Shown here: positions 33,239-42,500 of the stretch, piece by piece
Position numbering within the stretch: the stretch's first letter is position 1
How the letters are laid out: the number at the start of each line of letters is the position of its first letter
NCBI GenBank assembly: GCA_004764695.1
Contig: SMSO01000034.1
Location: forward strand, 930,001 to 994,000
From: Schizochytrium sp. TIO01
Taxonomy: Eukaryota; Protista; Bigyra: Labyrinthulomycetes
DNA length: 64,000 nt
Reading direction: 5' to 3'
The notes under the pieces: model-generated
What the model was told of the DNA's origin: nothing
Seen by the model: only the letters and a program-made list of their open reading frames with translations
Database searches by the model: none
Translations under genes and position numbers: made by a program

Positions 33239-34704
33239 CAGCTCATCTTGTCATCGTAATCGAATCATATTGATGACCTCGATCGATAGAGCAGAGCATA
33301 GCAGTGCACTACTTAAAGAGGCCTACATCATTTCGATGAACTGCAGAGGTCTCGAGGTCCCGAGTGTGGGCAGCGCAATCACCAAGTCTCCGCAACGCAA
33401 TTCTGTTCTTAGCCTTAAAGGTACCACTGGAGGGAACGAGTGGAACGGCCTGAGCACTTCGTATGTACCTGGAGGGTGGTGGGAGTTTGCTCACTCCTTC
33501 TTTTTTTTTCTTTTTTCTTTTTTCTTTTTCTCTTTTTCTCTTTTACCCCTTTAGGGAAGTTTAGTGCGGATCTCTATTAATATCCAATGAACTACAGATT
33601 ATCTCTCCTCCTCTGAAGTCCTCCATGTCTCAGGCGCTTCGGGACGCGGAGCTAAACATACATGCAGTATAGGCACGGATCAAATCACGCGGAGGGAGAA
33701 TTCAAGTAAAGGTGGCATCGATCGTTTTGCGGAGATGGATGATGATTGCGAAATCGTCTGCCAGAAGCACAGAGTGTTTTTTTCTCCTTTTTGCTTTTTC
33801 CAGTTTTTAGCAATGACTCAACAAGAAGAAGAAGATAAATGAAAAGAACTCCTTTTCACCTTGTCTCTCTTCCTTTTCTTTTCTTTTTTCTTTTTTCTCT
33901 TTTCTCTCTTTTGACTTTAACAGTACCTTTAACAGTTAAAAACAAATTTCAATTTTAAAACGTTAAATAAAAACCATTTTTCAAAAATATGTTTGATAAT
34001 GTGTCTCACGTTAAAGCGGTTCTCCAAACTTCAGTGAAAATGGATGGATGAGTGGATGGATGGATGGTTGAATGAATGAATGCAATGCGAGAAGCGAGTG
34101 ATCTGCAAATATGCCATCGAGTCATTCTCCATTCTGCGAAGACCTCCCCATTTGAGCTGATCTTATCTGAGCTGAGCTAAGCCGATTCCGAGACTCGAGG
34201 TCTATCACAGAGCGCCTTGACTTCGGACGATTTCTTGGCTCACGCCGCTCGCTCGCTTGTGCTTCTGCCGCTTACAAAGATCATTTCTTCTGTTTTCAGC
34301 ATCCACGTCGATTAATTTTATTGAAAAAATAATTAAAATAATTAAAATAGTTTAGATATATGTTTCCTTTGAAGTACTCGAGAAAGACCGTCGATGCAAA
34401 GCTAGCAGTAGTAGTGGCAGTAAAAGCAGTATTAGCTATCTGGCTAGCCATCCGTAGCTGGTGCACAGCGACTAGAGTCGTCTTCGTAGGAGAGAACTCC
34501 ATCTTGGCCAACTAACGCTTCTTCATTCTTCAAGCTCGCGCCAACCTGAAGCCAGCCGGGCAGGCACGCAAACATGCGAGCAGAGATCGAAGCAGCAGGC
34601 ACGGCTATGATGATGCATGCGCACGTCTCGAAGAAAAGCACTCGAAGAGAGCCCCGATCGAGCGAAAGCCACGCTCGCTTGCGTTCCGAAGAACCGGTCA
34701 ATGG

Positions 34705-34827
34705 ACAGACAGAGACAGAGAGAGAGAGAGACAGAGAAAGAGACAGAGAAAGAGAAAGAGAAAGAGAAAGAGAAAGAGAAAGAGAAAGAGAAAGAGAAAG
34801 AGAAAGAGAAAGAGAAAGAGAAAGAGA
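34705..34827. repeat. Polypurine tract with (AGAGAA)~13
   Basis: Direct reading. Confidence 0.95.
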
Positions 34828-35464
34828 GGGAGACAGACTCCGTCAGTCAGTCTGTCTGTCTGTTATTTAGTGGAGTGAGTGAATGTTTGTTTGTTTGTTT
34901 TCTTTCTGAGAACAGGCGTGCATCGGCAAGAGCGGCGCTTTCAACTCAAACTCAGGCTGAGTCTGTGTCTGTGTGCGTGTGTATATTCATACGTTCATTC
35001 ATCCATTCACTCATTCATTCATTCGTTCATTCGCGCGAAGCCCTCTCTTCGATGATTTGCTCTCGGATTCGTTTGTTCATTTCATCGATTCATGGACTCT
35101 TTTGACAGTCCTTACTTATTCTTATGGTTATGCGCTTCGTCATTTACAAACAATCTGCTCTGCTGCCCGTGGCAATCAATGCGATGGTCTGTCTGTCTCT
35201 TGTGGGTCCAAGGTCTGTCTGTCTGTCTGTCTGCCTTTCTGCCTTTCTGCCTTTCTGTCTGTCTGTCTCTCTGTCTGTCGTGCGGCGATGGGGCATGCAG
35301 GCAAGCTGCTGAGGCCGGAAAGCGGGCGGGAGCGGCGGCGAAGAGGCCTCTGCCTGCGCGGAGAAGAAGCGCTCGATCGGCAGCAGCGAGCAAGCAGCCT
35401 GGGTGGTTGATTCTTGGACCAAGGCATTCAAATCGAGCGAGAAGCCAGCATTTTGAAACAAGTT

Positions 35465-35465
<1 letters not shown>

Positions 35466-35517
<52 letters not shown>

Positions 35518-35519
35518 AA
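35466..35519. repeat. (AAAG)~13 microsatellite
   Basis: Direct reading. Confidence 0.95.
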
Positions 35520-35593
35520 AGGGTAGACACTGCCCTCTATCTGCAGCTATGTATGCATAGCTTACAAGACTTCCGCCTGTCTGTCTTTTGCTC

Positions 35594-35625
<32 letters not shown>

Positions 35626-38150
35626 TCATGTTTCTGTCAGACACTTGGTCAGGCAGTCAGTCTGTGTGTTGAACAATCGTCCTCCCTTGCAAGGCACGTT
35701 TGCGAGATCATTTCGCACCACCTCCTACGGGTTTAGGCTAAGCAGCTTTCTTTTAAGATGTTAAAAATGTGTTAGGAAACGTTTGCAGAATAGTTAGTTC
35801 TTTGATGCTTTTGTCATCGTGCTCGCTATAAAGATATACTTTTATGTTTAACCTAACCTTGAGCACCTAATGTATTATGAAGTGGGCGGAGAAACTATCT
35901 AAAGAGCAGACTATGAAAGGAAAATAAGAGGACAAACATATTGTGTTCCACTATTATTTAGTGTTCCAGGTTTCATTCTATGAAATGTTTAATGCGACCT
36001 TTTCTTTTCTCTATCGGAGAAACTAAATATTTTAATTTAAAAAGTGCTTTGTATTCTCTCTTCTTTCTTTTTTTTAAAGGCAGAAAATAAAACTTTGTCT
36101 TTTTTAGTGTGGTGGTGCAGTGAAGAATCGAAAAAGTGTCCTTCCTTCTCTGAGCTATTTCAAAGTGCCTAAAAAGAAAGTGCTTTGACCATTGATTCTT
36201 TGAGCACGATCAATCGACAACTTCGAATGTTGGCACAAACAACCAAATAGACAAATAGACAAACAGAGTTCTTGGGTCACGGTCCCCTCTCTATGGCAGA
36301 AGGTCTGACCAGCCTGAGAAGTACCTTCCTACCTCCTGGTCTGTCTCAGGCAAGGAATTAGCAGCCAGCTATGCTAGTTTAGCTCCTTCTTGAAGTTGGG
36401 TTTGTGGAACGAGAATTCTCTCTCGTTATTGTGATCGATATAGCTTATATGAATATATATAATTTATTTTATTTAAAATAAATAAATCAAACTTTGAAAT
36501 ACAGCGAAGACAGAAACACAAGATTTCAAAAACACACACACAGAAAACAAAGGCCGAGTTCTCATGTGGCGCATATAATGCATTGGCGTGCATAAGTAAG
36601 GATGCAACTCCAGAAGTTGATTGCGTACGACGGTTTGGGCTATCTATAGATCAAAGAAGCATTTGTAATGAATATCATTCTTTCATCAAATATAGGGTTG
36701 TTAATGAAAACGGTGGACTTGGGCAGATATTGTTCATGAATACCTGGGAAGCCTCTCCGTGGATTGATTCATCGATAGATGTCAAAGAATTACGGGAAAG
36801 AATAACTTGGAATCCCTCTTATATCATCACTGCCAATACCAAGCTACCAGACAAAGCAGGGCTGGCGAAAACCGAGTTGCCATGAGATCCTTGGTAGCCA
36901 CATATCCCTTGATTTGATCTTCCTGCACAAAGGCATCGAAGTACGATGCAACTGAATGAACGACTTAGCCACTCACTGGCAGGCAGGCACCAATGACAAA
37001 TAAACAACGCTAGCCTAGGGCCACAAGGTATCTATACCTTTGGTCAACAAGAGCCAATCAACTGCTGCGAGTCCACCGGAGCTTTGTTTGGATGGAGAAT
37101 CATCACTGGTCAACCTGCGCCCATTTCGTATCACGCTTCAACGCTGTAGGTTTGGGAAAACCAAAAGATTCACGAATGGTGTCATTCCGAATTCCAATAC
37201 AAAGAACCAATAGTAGTAGGAGCTGTCAACTTAAACGAAAATAGCGTCTAATTCATTTTCTGATAAAGCTCGCTGTCCACAATAAAATATCCAAGATGGC
37301 CACCCATTCGATCTCTCCATTGAACCTGGTGTGGTATGGACGAACGTATAGCTATCCTCCAGAAGACCGACCTGGTTTGGTATACTAGGTGGGCTCTGTA
37401 TCCCCAAACAAAACCTATCTTGTAAATAATCGACCAAAAACTTCGCCACAAAGTCAAACGCGTAGAGAGATTTCAGACACCTGCTACTACCATACGACGA
37501 TGACCGCGACTCACACGCATAAAAAAGCTACCAACCTGTGATTTCTGCCCAAAGTTCCGCAAAATCCACATCAGTAGGACAAGTAGTAAGGACATCTACA
37601 TGCTTAATTATTTTTAGGGTTGCACTACCATAGATTACAGGGTACCTAGGACTTTTCTAGTTTTTTAATTTTATTTTAATAGTTTCCCTGTATGTAATAC
37701 TTACAGGCTAGAACTCTTAATCATCTTTTGTCAATTTTTTAGATATATAGATAGGCCTATCTATACGCTTGGGCTGTGTTTTCTTTTCTTTTTTACATAT
37801 GATTTTACGAAATGGCGATGCTTATTGAGGAAGAGTCTCTGCAAGATATCATAAAGCAGTCAACCTGACTATTGCAGAGTAATTTTACTCGAGCTAGAAG
37901 GGCACCTACTCAGGCAGTATTTGCAGTCTTGCCACAGCCACAAACGAGCCGCCCAAAGATACAAACTAACATCTACCTAGGTACAAAATAAACAGCGCAA
38001 AGAACAGAATTCCCAAGTTGAAGCAGAAAATCGATGATCGCGCGAGCGCACTGCGTTGCGCCAACATTGCAATAATAATATCACTACTAATACTAAATCC
38101 CGGATGTGCACCATCCACCAAACAAATTGCGAACTCACGGAGCTTGGATG

Positions 38151-38190
38151 GCATTGCATTGCATTGCATTGCATTGCATTGCATTGCATT
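38151..38190. repeat. (GCATT)8 microsatellite
   Basis: Direct reading. Confidence 0.95.
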
Positions 38191-39576
38191 TCATGTGTTG
38201 TCCACATGATGGATATGTTATATGTTATCCAATGACATGAAGCGCCGAAACTCATCATTCGTGATCCACAAATCACAAGCCGTGGCCAGTCGCTCGCGTC
38301 TAGTCGCTTGGCCTCCAGGCGATGGTAGCTAGCAAGCAAAGCGGCCTGCGTATATGGTAGCTGGCTTTGGCACGCACGCACGCTCCTCTGGCAGACGAGC
38401 GTCCAAATGGTAGACGAAGTCGAAGAAGTCAGTGCTGCTTCAAGAAAGCGCAAGTTCCTTCCAGGGAGCGAGTCTTCCATGGCGCTGACCGCTCGCACGC
38501 TCAATCGTAGCAACTTCAAGAACAGGAAACAAACTTGAAGTTGCTCTTGCCAATCGCCAGAGTTATTTCATTTCGTCTCGCTGAAAAGAGCACCGCGAGT
38601 TGGAGCTTGCGATTTCTCAGTGCCCAGGTTTTACAGGTGGCTGGCTGCCCCGAATTCAACGTTTCTAAGAACCACGCTCATGTCGAATCGGACGACAACA
38701 GGCCGTGCCTGGACCAGGCTCAACTAGACTGACTGGTTTATTGCCAGAGAGGTCTCGGCTGCATTCAACGATTCAACGTCGCGATGCCTTTCGAAGATTT
38801 GATTGACCACGACTGAGAATGCTCTCACTGCTTTGCATGCGTACTACATCTCTAGTAGGTACTTAAGGCTAAGTACCTAGGGACCTAGTGAATGGCTGCC
38901 TGGTCATTTATACTTATGAGGTATTCTCATTCAGAACGTTCTTCGGTGGTTCTTAAAGACTCAATCTCTCTATGTGTAATGAACCGAAGTAAGTTATCCC
39001 GACATAAGCCCATATGAAGAGTTAGTACGTATGTAATATATTGCAAACACGCAAAATAGTTCATGTATCTTCAATTCACAGGTCGTACGCTTCCTTTCTG
39101 GCTGAGCATAGGCAACTATCGGAAAATGTGCGAGGGATGATTACGGACCTGGATCCGGCAGTCCGAAAACGAACTTGAAACACCTTATAAAAAGCGCTCT
39201 CGGATTTAGGACTTCTTTTGTAGCCCCCATAAGGCATATCATTGGGTACTTCAGGGGGCTAATGAAATGATAGCTGTACTCAACGGACATTTCACGCGCG
39301 TTTAGTGACAAACGTCTTGTCGAGCATATGCATTGGGGTGGGTAGAATAACTCAATGTCTTTGCCCGTGCTACATGCACCGTGAGCGTGTGCCCTATTGG
39401 AGACAGAAAACGGGGACAGACTCCTACCCGTGATTGAAATCTTCTCGTGTGCGCCTGTGACATCGGTAGGTGGGCGGGCACTCAGCAATAGTAGACGTGC
39501 TGACGGGGCGATCGTCGCGACGTATTGAACGAGCTCTGCGCTGTTGTGGGTGACACGCAGAGCCAGGTCAGACGAA

Positions 39577-42500
39577 ATGACATCGACAGGGCCCGATTAT
39601 GGCGAGGATGAACACGGCGGTTTTGAGGAAAGTCTAGGTCTAGGCAGTCTCGGTTCTCTTTCCTTTGAGGATGATGAAAACGTGTACCACTATGGACAAG
39701 GCCAAGGAGGCCATGGCCAGGAATGGGTACCACCTCCGCCTTCAGAAGCAAGCGCAAGCGTTATAATCACCGCACCTCTCCGAAATCGACGAGCTCAAAA
39801 GGACCGGGAAAAGTGGAAGAATGTCTCCGGCCCTACACTTGATTTTGCGGGCAAACCAACTGCTTTGTGGCAGGACTATCGCCAAATTAAAGCAAAAGCC
39901 CCATCAAATAAGAACTTCATTATTGCTGGTATCGATTGCGTTGCCTTAGTCAAACGCTTACGAAACTGTTGGATTCTCCCTGACAACAAAATTGTACAAA
40001 CTGACTCGGTCAAACCTCTCGCACAGCAACTTGCCTATGCTGATCGTGCTATAGAAAACCCATTGCGTTGGTTGAACGCTATTGTACAGCAGCAGCATGG
40101 ATTTGTTGCGCAAGATCTCTACTCGACTCTCCAGGAGTGGGAAAAGAAGTGGCATCAAGCCGAGGCTGGCGAGAAAGAGGGTGCAGCAAATCATATTAAA
40201 AATATTTCTCTTGCAATTCATCGAGCACTCGCTGCTGAAAGCGCTTTTGAGCGAATCGAAAGAGCTGAGGATGTAATTGCCGATGCTATGCGGAAAGAAG
40301 GTATTGCGCCTACTGAACAGGAAGCAAATGGACTCACACAAGGAGATAGTAATTCTTCCTCTCAATTGGTCGCTCACGCAGCTACAAGGCTTCAAGCAAC
40401 CTGGCGCGGGTGGAAGTCGCGGGCCGTTATCACAGAGCTTCAACAAAAAGAACTCTTAGACTTGGAGTCTGCGTTGGCTGCCGATCGGGAGGCTTTTCGC
40501 AATCGCGATGCCTCAAAACTACAGAAAATTGCACGCCAGCGAGCTACTGAAAAATATGAAGTCCTACATAGGACAAGAGATCTTGAGAATGCCAATGCTG
40601 CGGGAAGATCACCAACAAGCTCTGGATCCCGATCTTTGCACGCAAACCTTCCACCAGGACTTGAATCAGCACGTCTTTGTGCAACCCCAGAGATGGGGAC
40701 AATGCAGCAAGAAATGGGACCCGCATTTCAAATCTATATTACGAAGCTGTGGCGCATTTGTTCAGCCATTCGAGCCCAGGTTACGCAAGCGGACTCTTTA
40801 AAAACTATACTGGATCTTGAAGCAGAGCTTCGCAGTCTTGCGTCCTTTGGTAGCGATGGTCGAGTCTCTCGAGATGACCTCGATTCCTTCTTTGTTCAAC
40901 ATGCACCCAAGATCTCTGCCCACGAGCGCGAGCTGTTTCTCACGTACCTCGATCGGGAGGTTTGTGGTCTCATACCTGTACATCGAGTAGCGAACGTGCT
41001 CCGCGGGGCTCTTAGTGACCGCAGGCACTTGTTGTGCAACTGGGTATTTGAAAAACTATACTTCGAGACGACAGAAAATGCATATGGTGCAAACAACACC
41101 CGATTGAATAACCTCATTGAATTTTACAAACAATTTGCGCCATCTAAAGTACGCGAAGGAAAACCCCAACAAGTTCATCGACGATACAAGGATTGCGAAC
41201 GGGTCAATAAAGACCTCTTCCATAAGCTATATGCCAAACACGCACCATGGCTGTCCCCACCGACTCACCTTTGGAGTCGAGCGGCGCAGCGAGCTCTTAT
41301 TGAACGACGTTGTCTCGTTCCAATTAACAACGTTATCGACATCTATCACGAAATCCTAATGTCCGACCAACAGAATGGCCAACCACTACCGCTACGTGTG
41401 CTCAACGCTCTTCGGCACGCTGTAGCAAACCTGGAAGGCGCTCGGGAGAGTATTTCTCAAAACAAAACGCGTATTGCTCAAATAACAATCGACAGATCAG
41501 ACTGGCTCTCATTCCATGCAGAACTCAGCGCTGGTATCTCAAATGATGAAGACTTCGAGAGTGTCATATGCCGGGTAGCACGACTTTCAGTAGATTCTTG
41601 GAGGGCATTTGCAGAAAAAAGAGCTCGTCGCGATCTCACATTACGAGATCAATGGGCGCTCGATCGCATTTTGCGTGACTCTGAAGCAAGCAAGATGGAT
41701 AAACTTCGTGAAAGCTTGTCTGCCAGAGTTTTTGAGGAATATGAACGAGATTTGTATGAAGTTCTTCGTAAAGTGCGAAGCTCATTGCTTCGTGTATGTG
41801 GTACAGACCGAACTCTAGAGAACCTTGCGCTAGAATTTGAAGAAGCTCCGAGCTTTGGAGATGATCGCAAACTCTCACACCGAGATTTTCGTGGTGCCCT
41901 CACTAGATATGGTATTATTCTTACGCGCGAAGAAACACAAACTCTACTAGTACATTATGATACAGCAAACTCAGGGCATATTAGTGTAGATGCGTTCTTC
42001 TTTGGCATTCGCGCAGCGCACGCAAACAAAAATGCACGTATGCGCGTCGCGAATGAGAATCAGACGACAAAGGACCTTGCCAAGCGCAAGAAAAAATGGA
42101 TGAAAGCAATGCGAAAAACCGTGGTTCCAGATCATGAAAAGTTCTGGGTCCGGTACGAGGACGAACAACACAAACCTTACTGGTATTGTCAAATTACAGG
42201 AGAACGTACATGGCAAAAGCCAAGTCGTTTCGAGCGTCATGATAAAGCCAAATGGGAGGCTGAAACTAAGAAACGTGCGTTATGGGCACAGCAAGTACTC
42301 AAGAGGTACTATATCCAGGCAAACGCAGTTCTAGATGCGCAATTAGAGATTGTACGTACTCTAGTCCAGCAAGCTATGCCCCTGGAAGCCTGCAGGTTAT
42401 CACGCCTCCCACAAAGCATTTTTGCAAACCCTTCTATGAAAAAATTAACACATTTGTCGCTCGACCGCAACAGCCTTGATGAACTACCTCGAGCTGTCCT

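Larger units (their letters stand above)
24768..35689 (+). promoter_or_regulatory. Five dispersed copies of the motif GTCCTSCCTTG (putative cis-element)
   Basis: Exact copies at 24768, 29130, 29194, 30136 and 35679, and a variant GTCTGCCCTTG at 26684, all in the same orientation. Function is inferred. Confidence 0.55.
17893..39543. other. ~21.6-kb gene desert: alternating GC-rich islands, A/T tracts and microsatellites between the divergent bZIP and LRR genes
   Basis: No ORF over 182 aa. The listed ORFs are microsatellite translations or overlap in several frames and show no domains. Neighbouring intergenic gaps are about 0.1-1.4 kb. Confidence 0.8.

Noticed and set aside
34574-35672. ORFs with ER/EK/KKER repeats
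   Set aside because: Translations of (AGAGAA)n, (TCTG)n and (AAAG)n microsatellites; overlapping in many frames with no domain.
35720-35745. ACC-TCCTACG-GGT resembling the P3/L3 of an HDV-like ribozyme, followed by GGCTAA
   Set aside because: There is no room for the 7-nt P1 3' strand, the P1.1 GG and P4 in the required order, so the nested double pseudoknot cannot be built.
17893-39543. Transposon or endogenous virus as the explanation for the desert
   Set aside because: No RT, integrase, transposase or capsid ORFs, LTRs or terminal inverted repeats were seen. Highly eroded relics cannot be excluded without a database search.
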